Shown in pieces: positions 19,667 to 35,402 of a stretch of DNA of 64,000 nucleotides (position 1 is its first letter; every line of letters starts with the position of its first letter). The DNA comes from the human T2T-CHM13v2.0 reference genome, Homo sapiens. The translations under genes and the position numbers were made by a program. The notes beneath the pieces were generated by a model. That model searched no databases. It was not told the origin of the DNA and saw only the letters and a program-made list of their open reading frames with translations. Location: assembly GCF_009914755.1 (NCBI RefSeq), contig NC_060929.1. One strand, 5' to 3'.

Positions 19667-20224
19667 TGATGGGGTTCAGGACACATTGCTCCAAAATATG
19701 ATCCTTTGGCATATTGAATATGTTAAACTGAACGAATCTGAGAAACAGCAGGCATGAAGTACTCTCTGACCACTCCCTTTTCCTAGGAAGGAAGTCATAA
19801 AACCCTCATGTACAAAGTGCCCTCCCTATATCCAGAGGAAAAAAGCATCCTTATCTCTGAAGAAAGAGGCGGGAATCCATGAGGAATCTGAATGAATAGG
19901 CCTTGCTAAGTTTTCCCCAGTTTACTACTACTCTTAGCTCATACCCCTTTGTCTATCACATTTTCTTACAACTTTCCATTCTTTATCAAACCTAGTATAA
20001 AAACACTCAGGCTTTTAAAATTATTTTTTATTATTTTCATTGTTTATTTTTTATTTACTTTTGTTATTTCTTTGTGTCTTCATTTCCTTATGAAGACTTC
20101 TGTGTGACATAAAACTTAAATAAATTTGTGTGCTTTTCACTTGTTAACATGTCTTATTCCATTTAATTTTCAGACTCAGCTGGGAACTCTAAGAAGGTCA
20201 AGGGAAAGATTTTGCCCCCCTACA
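19667..20224 (+). mobile_element. MER34/MER39-group ERV1 solo LTR
   Basis: TGatggggttcaggacac...cccctaCA with 4-bp TSD CTAA on both sides. Confidence 0.85.
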
Positions 20225-21095
20225 CTAAATGATGAAAACAAATAAAACTATGAACTTTATCTTAGGGAAAAAATGCTAATATATTTACATAAACAGCTAT
20301 AATATTAGATGGAAAGTGACAAAAGTGCTGTAAGAAGGATATATATAAAGCCATATGAGAGGTAAGATCATTCTTGGTTTCTTGGCAATAAAGGAAAGAA
20401 GTTTTAAAGGAATTTCTGGGCATTTGAGCTAGAACATTAAAAAATATAATTTGGTAGTGATTTAGAATAGGGGAAGACTAGCTCAAGTACAGGAACACTT
20501 TTAAGTAACAGGACAAATTGTGAAAATGTGTTTTGTATACAGAAGGACAACAAGCACTCTTTGTCTCCATCTCACATCATATGCAAACGTTAATTCAAAA
20601 CGAACCCAAAGACCTAAATGTAAGGGCTAAAACTACAAAAATCTTAGAAAAAAACATAGGAGTAAATCTTTATGACCTTGTATTAAGCAATGATTTCTGA
20701 GATATGACACTAAAGGCACAAGTAATGAAAGAAAAAAACAGGTAAATTGGAATTCATTGAAAATAAAACCTTTCACGCTTCAAAACACACTATCAACAAA
20801 GTTAAAAGTCAATATAGAGTATGAGGAAAAATATTTGCGAATCATATATGATAAGTCTAATATTCAAATTTATTTAAAAAACTATTACAAGTGAACAATA
20901 AAAAGGCAAATAACTCAATCAAGAAATGAGTAAAGGATCTTAATAGACATTTCTCCAAAGAAGATATACACATGGCCAATAAGCACATAAAAAGATCGTC
21001 AACATCATTAGTCATTTGTGAAAATCAAATAAAAACCACAGTAAAATACCACTTCGAACCCACTAGGATGGCTATAACAAAAAAGACACAATAAC

Positions 21096-22040
21096 CTTCT
21101 CTGAGAAAATACCAAATGGCGGATGATGCCAGTGCAAGGGTGCATCCCGGGGGCCCAGGGATGGGAAACCGCAGTGGCTTCTGTGGAGGCTTCGGCAGTG
21201 GCATCTGAGGCCAAGGTCATGGCCATGGTCAGGGCCAGGGCTGAAGCCACGGAGCTCACAGAGGCAAGGCCTTGGACTAGGAGTGGATGCCTGTCACCAA
21301 TCTGGGCCAGCTAGTCAAGGACATGAAGATGAAGTCCCTGGAGGAGATCTATCTCTTCTTCCTGCCCATCAAGGAGTCTGAGATCACTGATTTTTTTCGG
21401 GGGCTCTCTCAAGGATGAGGTTTTGAAGATTATGTCAGTGCAGAAGCAGACCTACGCTGGCCAGAACACCAGGTTCAAGGCATTTGTTGCCACTGGGGAC
21501 TATAATGGCCAGGTAGGTCTGGGTGCTAAGTGCTCCAAGGAGGTGGCCACTGCCATACACGAGGCCATCATCCCAGCCAAGCTCTCCATTGTCCCTGTGT
21601 GCACAGGCTACTGGGGGAACAAGATCAGCAAGCCCCACACCATCCCTTGCAAGGTGACAGGCCACTGCAGCTCTGTGCTGGTGACCTCATCCCTGTGCCC
21701 AGGGGCACTGGGATCATCTCAGCCCCCATGCCCAAGAAGCTGCTGATGACGGCTGGTATCGATGACTGCTACACTTCAGCCAGGGGCTGCATGGCCACCC
21801 TGGGCAATTTCGCCAAGGCCAACTTCAATGACATCTCTAAGACCTACAGCCACCTGACCCCTGACCTCCGGAAGGAGACTGTATTCACCAAGTCTCCCTA
21901 TCAGGAATTCACTGACCACCCCATCAAGACCCACTCCAGAGTCTCCATGCAGAGGACCCAGGCTCCAGCTGTGACTACAATGTAGGGTTTATACAAGAAA
22001 AATAAAGTAAATCAAGCCTGTTTTTGTTTTTGTTTTTTTT
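21096..22040 (+). pseudogene. RPS2P: Full-length processed pseudogene of 40S ribosomal protein S2 (RPS2/uS5)
   Basis: Intronless. 5' leader cttctc...accaaATG (21116) MADDA; fragments [28 protein letters not shown] and [15 protein letters not shown]...QAPAVTT; stop 21983-85; AATAAA 22001-06. Premature TGA 21206-08 and frameshifts. 14-bp TSD AAAGACACAATAAC at 21082-95 and 22041-54. Pseudogene number unknown. Confidence 0.96.
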
Positions 22041-22348
22041 AAAGACACAATAACAAGTGTTGGTGATGATGTGAAGAAACTGGAACACTTAGACACTGAA
22101 GATGGAAATGTAAAATAATGCAGTCACTTTGGAAAATAATTTTTAAGTTCTTCAAAAGGTTAAACATAGAATCACCATATGACCCAGCACTTCCATTCCT
22201 AAGTATATATCCATGAGAATTGAAAATATATGTCCACACAAAAACTTGTATGACTATTAATAGCAGCATTATTCATAATGGCCCAAAGGAGGCATCAATC
22301 CAAAAATCTGTCAAGGGATGAAGGAATAACTAACATGTGGTATATCCC

Positions 22349-22566
22349 CAAAAATTAGCCAGGCATGGCAGCAGGCACCTGTAATCTCAGCCTGGTGGGA
22401 GGCTGTGGCAAGAGAATCACTTGAGCCCAGGAGGCGGAGGTTGCAGTGAGCGGAGATCACAGAGCTCACACCACTGCACTCCAGCCTGGGCAACAGAGCA
22501 AGACTCCATTTAAAAAAAAAAAAAAAAACCAACAACAACAACAAAATAAAATAAAATAAAATAATA
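22349..22566 (+). mobile_element. 5'-truncated Alu (right monomer) with patterned tail
   Basis: Begins caaaaattagcc; TSD taa(c/a)atgtggtatatcc. Confidence 0.9.
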
Positions 22567-22583
22567 TAAAATGTGGTATATCC

Positions 22584-25377
22584 CAATTCTACTGAAATTA
22601 TTCCAAAAACTCAAGGAGGAGGGACTCCTCCCTAACTCTACAAAGCCAGCATCACTGTAATACCAAAACCTGGTAAAGAAACAACAAAAAAAGAAAACTA
22701 CAGACCAATATCCCTGATTAACACAGGAGCAAAAATCCTCAACAAAATACTAGAAAACTGAATTCAACAGCATAACAAAAAGTTAATTCACCATGATAAA
22801 GGAGGTTTTGTTCTTGGGATGCAAGGTTGGTTCAACATACACAAATCAATAAATGTGATTCACCACATAAACAGAATTAAAAACAAAAACCATATGATTA
22901 TCTCAATAGACACAGAAAAAGCTTTCTATAAAATCCAACATCCCTTTATGACAAAAACCTTCAGAAAACTAGGCATTGAAGGAATAAATCTCAAAATAAT
23001 AAGAGCCATCTATGACAAACCCACAGCCAACATCACACTGAATGGGCAAACACTGGAAGCATTCCCCTTGAGAACTGGAATAAGACAAGGATGACCACTC
23101 TCACCATTCCTATTCAACATAGTATTGGAAGAGCTAGCCAGAGCAATCAGGCAAGAAAAATAAATAAAAGGCATCCAAATAGCAAAAGAAGAAGGCAAAC
23201 TATCTCTGCGCATAGGATGATATAATCCTATATTTAGAAAACTCTGAAGACTGCCAAAAGGTTTCTGGAACCGATAAACAATTTCAGTAAAGTTTCAGGA
23301 TACAAAATCAATATACAAAAACCCCTAGCATTTTTAGACACCAATAACATTCAAGCTGAGAGCCAAATCAACAATGCAATCCCACTTACAATAGCCACAT
23401 GCACAAAAATAAAATACCTAGGAATACATCTAAACAAGGAGGTAAAAGATCTTTACAAGGACAATTATAAAACACCATTAAATAAATCATAGATGACACA
23501 AATGGGAAATATTCCATAATCATAAATTGGAAGAATCAATATTCTTAAAATGGCCATACTGCCCAAAGCAATCTATGGATTCAATGCTATTCCTATCAAA
23601 CTACCAATGTCATTTTTCACAGAACTAGAAAAAACTATTCTAAAATTCATATGGATCCAAAAAGGGCCCAAATAGCCAAAGCAATGCTAAGCAAAAAGAA
23701 CAAAGCTGGAGTCATCACATTACCTGGCTTCAAACTATACTATAAGGCTACAGTAACCAAACAGTATGGTACTGGTACAGAAACACCTAGATCAATGGAA
23801 TAGAATAGAGAACCTAGAAATAAAGCTGCACACCTACAACCACCTGATCGTCAACAAAATCAATGAAAATAAGCAATGGGAAAAGGACTCCCTATTCAAT
23901 AAATGGTGCTAGGACAGCTGGCTAGCTATATTCAAAATGAAACTGGGCACCCACCTTTTACTATATATAAAAATTAACTCAAGATGGATTAAAATTTTAA
24001 ATGTAAGACCTCAAATTATAAGAATCCTAGTAGAAAACCTGGGAAACACCATTCTGGACATTGGCCTTGGGAAGTAATTTATGACTAAGTCCTCAGAAGC
24101 AATTGCAACAAAAACAAAAATTGTCAGTTAGGACCTAGTTAAACTAATGAGCTTTCAAACAAACAGCAAAAAAAACTATCAACAGATTTAAAACACTCCT
24201 CTGCCAAATAGGGGCTTTTTCCCTATTGTTTACAGAGTCAGATGAATTAAAAGATGTGGAAATAGGCAGCTGTAGAACTTAATCTTCCAAGTACCCCATG
24301 TACATTTATTGAGCTTAATAATAATTGTCTGGGTTTTTTTTAAACGCAGTACAATAAATAATTTAATAACTTTAAAAAATGGGAGAATGGAAGAAAATAT
24401 TTGCAAACTATGCATCCAAGACAGGTCTAATATCCAGAATCTACCAGGAACTTAAACAACTCAACAAGAAAATAAATAACAGCATTTTAAAATGGGCAAA
24501 AACATGAACAGACACTTCTCAAAAGAGGACATACAAGTGGCCAACAAACATATGAAAAAATGCTAAACATCACTAATCATCAGAAAAATGTAAATCAAAA
24601 CCACAATGAAATACCATCTCACACTAGTCAGAATGGCTATTATTTAAAAAAACCAAAACAACAAATGCTGGCATGCTGTGGAGAAATGAGAATGCTTCTA
24701 CTCTGCTGGTGGGAATGTAAATTTGTTCAGCCAGTGTGGAAAGCAGTTCGGAGATTTTTCAAAGAACTTGAAACCGAATTACCATTTGACCCAGCAATCC
24801 CACTTATAGGTATATATCCAAAAGAAAACAAACCTTTCTACCAAAAAGACACACGTAATCTCCTGTTCATCACCGCACTATTCACAATAGCAAAGACATG
24901 TTATCAACTAGGTGCCCATCAATGGGGACTGGATAAAGAAAATGTGGTAAATATACACTATGGGATACTACATGGCCATAACAAAAAAATAAAATCATGT
25001 CCTTTGCAGCAACATGAATGCAACTAGAGGTCAGTATCCTAAGCAAATTAATGCAGGAACACAAAACTAAACACCACATGTTCTCACTTATAGGTGGGAG
25101 CTAAATATTGGGTATTTATAGACATAAAGACGGCAACAATAGAAATTGAGAACTACTACAGGACAGAAGGAAGGAGGGGAGAAAGGGTTGAAAAACTAAC
25201 TATTGGACACTATGTTCACTACTTGGGTGACAGAATCATTTGTACCCCAAACCTCAGCATCACACAATATACTCAGGCAACAAATCTGCACATGCAACTC
25301 CTGAATCTAAAATAAATATAGAAAAAATTTTAAAAAGAAAAATATTTTTGAATTAATGAATAAATCAATGAATAAAA
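22584..25377 (+). mobile_element. 5'-truncated old primate L1 (L1PA13-16-like), ORF2 RT to 3'UTR
   Basis: [19 protein letters not shown]...; 3'UTR and A-rich tail; TSD taaaatgtggtatatcc at 22567-83 and 25378-94. Confidence 0.92.
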
Positions 25378-25702
25378 TAAAATGTGGTATATCCATACAA
25401 TGGGATATTATTCAGGCATAAAAAGGGATGAAGTACTGATTTATGCTACCATATAAATGAATCTTGAAAACATTATGCTACAAGAAAGAGGTCAAACACA
25501 AAAGGCCACATATTGTGTGGTTCCATTTAAAGGAAATGTCCACAATATGCAAATTGATAGAGAAATAATGTAAATTAGTGGTTACCTAGGGCTGGAAAGA
25601 ATGGAGAATGACAACAAATGGGCACAAGGTTTCTTTTTGGGGTAATGGAAATGTTCTGAAATTTAGATAGTGGTGATGGTTGTACATCTTTGCGAATATA
25701 CT

Positions 25703-26085
25703 TACATTAGTCCATTCTCACATTGCTATAAGGAAATACCCAATACTGGGTAATTTATAACGGAAAGAGGTTTAATTGACTCAGAATTCAGCATGGCTGG
25801 GGAGGCCTCAGGAAACTTACAATCATGACAGAAGGTGAAGGGAAAGCAAGGTATCTTCTTCTCAAGGCAGCAGGAAGAAGTGCCAAGCAAAGGGTGAAAA
25901 GCCCCTTATACGTAATAAAACCATCAGATCTTGTGAGAACTTACTCACTATCATGAGAACAGTATGGGGGAAACCAACCCCATGATTCAATTACCTCCAC
26001 CTGGTCTCTCCCTTGACACATGGGGATTATGGGGATTACAATTTAAGATGAGACTTGGTTGGGGACACAAAGCCTAACCATATCA
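25703..26085 (-). mobile_element. THE1 (THE1D-like) solo LTR
   Basis: ...attagtccattctc...cctaaccatatca with 5-bp TSD ATACT. Confidence 0.9.
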
Positions 26086-26139
26086 ATACTGAAACCACTG
26101 AATTGTACACTTTTGAAAGGTGAATTTTATGGTATATAA

Positions 26140-26442
<303 letters not shown>

Positions 26443-26685
26443 TCTGAATTTCTTAAAAAGGAAAAGAAAGAAAAAGGAATGCCCTTTGAAGACAATATAA
26501 AGTATTAGATGTAGCTGGAAAAAAAGCTAGAAAGGTAGACTTAGAGTCAAATGGTAAAGTATTTTTGAATTCTAGTCTAAAGTTTGAACATTGTTTAAAG
26601 GACAAAAGAGCATACTGACAATAATAGGAGGATGGATAATTATAGGAAGAAAAAAATCAATAGGCCATTTAAAGAAAAAAAAACA

Positions 26686-27295
26686 TGTTCTACTCCTTTA
26701 CCTCGAGTCTGTAAGAATTCTTACATGTTAAATGAGTCTCTTGAAAAAAGCAGATGTTTGCTTTGTGATTTTTAATCCAGTCTGCCAATGTGTGTATCTT
26801 TTAAGTGGAGCATTTAGAACATTTACATTCAATGTTAATATTGAGATATGAGGTACTGTATTAGTCACCACGTTGACTGTTATCAAGATACTTTGTTTTT
26901 TTCATTGTGTTATTTTAGAGTCTCTGTGAGTTTTATGCTTTCAAGAGGTTCCATTCTCTTGCATATCAACCTTTTGCTTCAAGATTTAGAACTCCTTTTA
27001 GTATTTCTTATATGTCTGATCTAATAGTGACAAATGCCCTCAGCATTTGCTTGTCTGAAAAAGACTTTATTTCTCCTTCATTTATGAAACTTAGTTTTGC
27101 TGGATACAAAATTCATGGCTGACAGTTACTCTATTTAATGAGGCTAAAGATAGGACCCCAATCCCTTCTGGCTTGCAAGGTTTCTGCTGAGAAGTCTGCT
27201 GTTAGTCTGATAGGTTTTCCTTTATAGGTTACCTTGATGCTTTGGTCTCACTGCTCTTAGAATTTTTTCCTTCACATTTACTTAAGATGGCTTGA
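26686..27295 (-). mobile_element. L1 (L1PB/MA-like) ORF1-end/ORF2-start fragment
   Basis: tttctgctgagaagtctgctgttagtctgatagg and agcatttgcttgtctgaaaaagactttatttctcc motifs. Confidence 0.85.
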
Positions 27296-27309
27296 ATAAA
27301 GGCTCTTCA

Positions 27310-29105
<1,796 letters not shown>

Positions 29106-30738
29106 AAAAATTCCTCTAAGTAAGTATCAAATAAATTGAGTGACTTACTGGACTAAGAATAAAGTTCAGCTTAGGTTCCCCAATTTTCATTAATAGTAAT
29201 AAGGTAACAAAATTTGGATAAAACCCAACTAATGTAGTAGATGGTAACTTACTTAATATTAAAAACAATTATTCTATTCCCCTTTAATATCTATAATTTA
29301 GCATTTTAGATGTAAATCTTCAATACCATCAGCTGATAATCAATAGCAATTAACAGCAAAAGCCTGTGTAAAAGCTATTAAGATAAAATATTTTCTTCTT
29401 TTTTTTAATGCCAGTAAAACTAATCTCAAATTCATACTAGGATGAAAAACATTAAAGAATAAACAAAAGTATGACATGAATGTACTTGAAGTTATATTCT
29501 CTTTTTGGATTGCTGTCTAATTTTAATCACAAAATACAGAATGTAAACTATCAACACCATTTTGCCTACTATGCATTTTGCACTTTAATAGCTGCTACTT
29601 CAAAAAACAGAACTAAAAGCCCATTCTTTGGAACCATTTCACATTTTACAACTAAGAAGCAATACCAAGAATAAACAAATTCATATAACTCATCAATATG
29701 TATTGACTATTTATCTTAATTTTTTTCTTTCTTAAATATCACGATTAAAAAAAACATTGGCAGCATTTATAAGAACTAAGTAGTTATAAGTAGTTCACTA
29801 AGAATGACCTCATCACAGGTTTTAGCTGCAACAATATAAAACTAAAGAGGTCAAATTTATTCTCCAGGCTGCGACTACTTTTTCTTTTCTTTTTCCTTGA
29901 AGCATAGCTTACTTTGATTTTAACCCTTCCTCACCACCCCTCTTCCTCTAAGTGTAATCAAGCAAGGAAAATTCCACTTTGAAGTACGGATCATGAAAAG
30001 AGAACAAATCAAAGCTTTTCTGAAACCCTCTGTTCCCCAAAAGATCTACTACAGAACTCAAGAAGTAGGCAATTAAATGGACAGTTTTAGTTAGAAAATC
30101 AAACTTATATATAAAGATTAAGTGTGCTCAAACTCATCCACCTATCAACCAAATGTACTGTTTGTAAATTGGGACTTTAAAAAACTGTTTTATTGTATTG
30201 TCAATGGACATTGGAAAATAAGTACACAAAGTTAACAAAGTCTCTTGATCTTACTACATCAAGACTCTTGGAAGTAAATGGATTGTACCTTTAAAGGCTA
30301 AATGAGCATAGTTCGGGGTGGCGTCATTTCCATTACTGCTGCATTTCAGATTAAAGCTCTGAGAACATCTCACTAATGATCCTATGACAGTATATTCTGA
30401 AACATAGTAATGGATCAAAGAAGCATTAAAGTTGCATCTATAAGGCAAAAATGGTCTGTTTAGAAAAAAAAGTACACACAGACAAAAACCTCAATTCTAT
30501 TTTAAAAATAATAAAACTTACCATTTCAATAAATTTAGCCATTGTTTCCTGATCTTATTTATCCTGGCTTTTTAATTATGTTGTTTTCCTTGATCAGTGG
30601 ACTCTACATCAATTTCTAGGACCTAATTTTGATTATATTTCATTCTTAACAGCCTAGGACTTTGTCTTTTCCCTTTTGAATTTAATTCCGCTGTATAATT
30701 TTTTACTCCCTTGGTTTCAACTCTCCTTCTCCTAGTGA

Positions 30739-31090
<352 letters not shown>

Positions 31091-31521
31091 AATATATAAA
31101 GTTTTACTTTTTGAATGACAGACCTGCATTTTTTCCTACCTAATGGATTTTTCTATCCTAACATCCTACCATCACTCTCATATTCTGAAGCCAATAACCT
31201 CATCTTTTCCATACCTGTAAATGCAAGAAATCATTCTCATCCTACAAGTTGAAACCCAGTGTTATTTTTGACTACTCCCTCTTGGCTTTCACGTAGAATA
31301 GTCCAGACTTGTCTTTGTGATGTTCCTGCTTAACGTAAATTTCCCACTCTCAAATTCTACAGTATGGTATTTATGTCATACTTCCTAACTGGTCTTTCTG
31401 TCCTTGGTGCAATTTAGCCATTATTAGTTATACCTTCCTAGGACATTATTATCTTATTATTAAGAACAAATAAACTAAACCTAAAAGAAGAAAGACAAAT
31501 GTATTGCATGACTTCAAGTAG

Positions 31522-31810
<289 letters not shown>

Positions 31811-31813
31811 GAC

Positions 31814-32134
<321 letters not shown>

Positions 32135-32151
32135 TAAATTAGCCTACTTTT

Positions 32152-32187
32152 ATCACTTCTCAGCCTTTTGGCTAAAATCAAGTTTAG
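32152..32187 (+). pseudogene. 3'-truncated U2 snRNA retropseudogene fragment (about nt 1-36)
   Basis: atcacttctcagccttttggctaaaatcaagtttag versus U2 5' end ATCGCTTCTCGGCCTTTTGGCTAAGATCAAGTGTAG: 4 mismatches, 2 at CpG. Confidence 0.85.
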
Positions 32188-33039
32188 ATTTATCTTCTTT
32201 TTATTTTACATAGGGGAACTGGACACTTGGGGGAAAAAATGAAAGTAAAAGCAAAATATAAAAAATTTAAAAATACTTAAAATATTTTAAAAGCAAAAAA
32301 AATTGTCAAAAATGGATAGGAAGATAAAAACAACACTTTCAAAAAAATGTATAATTTTAAAACAAAAATTTAGTGGAGTTAAGTGGCAGATTAATCACAG
32401 CTAAAGAGATACTTAAGAACTTGTAGATATGAAAAAATTACCCAGACTGCTGCATAGAGTGACAAGTAAAGCTTATTAAAAACAAAACAAAACAAAAAGT
32501 TTAAGAGAACTGGAGGATAAATGAGAAAGTCAAACATATGTCAAAAGAGACCCAGGAGAAAACAGAAAGAACTGAGAAGTTACATTTGTAAATCTAATGC
32601 TGCAAAACATCTAGTATTGATGAAAGATATGAGCCCACAGATAAAGAAGGCACATTATATATTAAACAGGATAAACAGCTCTACACAAGATTACAAAAGC
32701 CTACTCAAATACATCAAAAATCACACTAAACAGAAACAGAACAAACTTTACAGCTGAAAGATTGAGGTTGTCAAAAAGGATGAAGAAATAAACCTCCTAG
32801 TGATTTGCTATTTAATAGAGGCATGCCTATGATAAATAATAGAAAAGGGTTAGAAGTAAAAGGATAGAAAAAATACCAACACTACCTAAAAGAGACTTGA
32901 ACTATAAAAATGCCACTTCAAAATATTAGCAACTTGTTACGGTTATATAAATGTACTCAATAGCAACATAATTGAATAAATTTTCTATTTTTCTATTTTT
33001 ATTTTTATTCTATCATTTGACATCAAATTAGGAAGTTGA

Positions 33040-33208
<169 letters not shown>

Positions 33209-33303
33209 AATATATTATTTGGTATACAGATAAACTAAAATTTAGAATAAAAGCAGATAAACAAATTCAGCTAAATGCAGGTATGAGTCAAAATGCCAGT
33301 ATG

Positions 33304-33617
<314 letters not shown>

Positions 33618-33696
33618 TTAATTTAAAGCCAAACTTGTAGAAAAAAAGCTAAGTTTGGAAAGTAAAAAAACATAATCAAAAGTCTAATCATGATTA

Positions 33697-34011
<315 letters not shown>

Positions 34012-34704
34012 TTAAAGAAAGTTTTATTACATTTTCCTTGTTTTAAGAAATCATTTGTGAAACAGGACAAATAATACAACAGGTTCACTTTAAAAGCTCA
34101 AAAACCATTATTTCAACATGGATTCAATTGTTGCCTCTGTTTCCAACAAAAAAGGTTCACTAAGAAAGTGTTACCATTTTTAGTCTTTTTTTATTTAATA
34201 AACATTCAAACTCATGAATATAATCATTATTCTTCTACAACTCTATTGAAAAGTAAAAGTACTTACATGCTGAAGGATCAGATTTAAAAGACTTCAAGGA
34301 AAAACCAGGGGGACCTTCAAGAAGTACTTAACTGCCAAGCACCAAAATGGCTCCTCAGTTTACATGCTACACTCAAGTTGCTTACTTTTCTCTGCAAACC
34401 ATTTAAGAATTTATTTTGCATGTTTGAATTTTCCTGGGGACCCTGATACACAACAAAGTACCTTGCTGTCTGGCAATGATGATGACTTTCTAGAGCGTTT
34501 ATCTGGGAGAAGACCAAAGGGCATATTCAGTCTGTATTAAGTCAACCCTTGTATGGAAATCAAGGCTTGCTTTCTCACTAGACTTAATTAAGGACCACAC
34601 AAAAATACTACAGAAAAAAGTTGAGGAAATGAGGAAATGCCATTAGGAGAAAAAGGATCAATAGGAAGAAATAGTCAAACATGAAATTGAAAATAAATTT
34701 ACAT

Positions 34705-35402
34705 TGATGGGGTTCAGGACATGCTATCCCAAAATACAGTACCTAGGCACACTGAGTATTTTTACTTGAAGGAAATTGAGAAAACTGCAGAAACAGGAAG
34801 ATCTCTCTGATCTCCTCTCTCCTAAACCAGTCCACAGAAACTAGAAAGAATTTCCCTTGCCCCTTCTCTACTGAAGCAGGTCATAAAACCTAACTGACCT
34901 TTCCCTGAAAATCAGCTATTAGACCCTTCTTCCAGAGGGTCCTCCTTATACTCAGAGTAAAGGAATGTCCTTAACTGTGAAGACAGACACAAAGAAGAAT
35001 CTGGATAAACAGGCCTTGCTGAGTTCCCCCCAGTTTATTACCATTGGATCACTCCCCTTTTGTCCAATCACGTTTCTCCACAATTATCTGCTTCTTCATC
35101 AGACTTATCATAAAATGTACAGTTTTCCCTGTTTCTTTGGGTCATCATTTCTGAAGGCTCCAGTGTCGCATAAAACTTATATTAATGATGTGATTAATAT
35201 GCATTGCCTGTCTGTATCAAAACATCTCATGTACCCCATAAATATATATACCTACTATGTACCTACAAAAATAAAAAATAAATAAAAATTTTAAAAATAT
35301 ATTAAACTTGTATGCTTTCTTTTGTTAATTGGTCTTTTGTTATTAGGGGTGTCAGCCATGAACCCTTAGATGGGTGAGAAAAGAAATCCTTTCTCCCCTA
35401 TG
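34705..35402 (+). mobile_element. MER34/MER39-group ERV1 solo LTR containing a short L1MA 3' tail (about 35186-35292)
   Basis: Same 5' end as the LTR at 19667. Insert ctgtatcaaaacatctcatgtaccccataaatatatatacctac plus A-tail, flanked by a aaaa(c)ttatattaa-like duplication. Confidence 0.82.

Noticed and set aside
21116-21985. Functional RPS2 retrogene
   Set aside because: TGA at codon 31 (21206-08), further stops and frameshifts, extensive CpG decay.
30512-30530. Strong minus-strand donor ATG|gtaagt
   Set aside because: No plausible upstream acceptor within exon distance.
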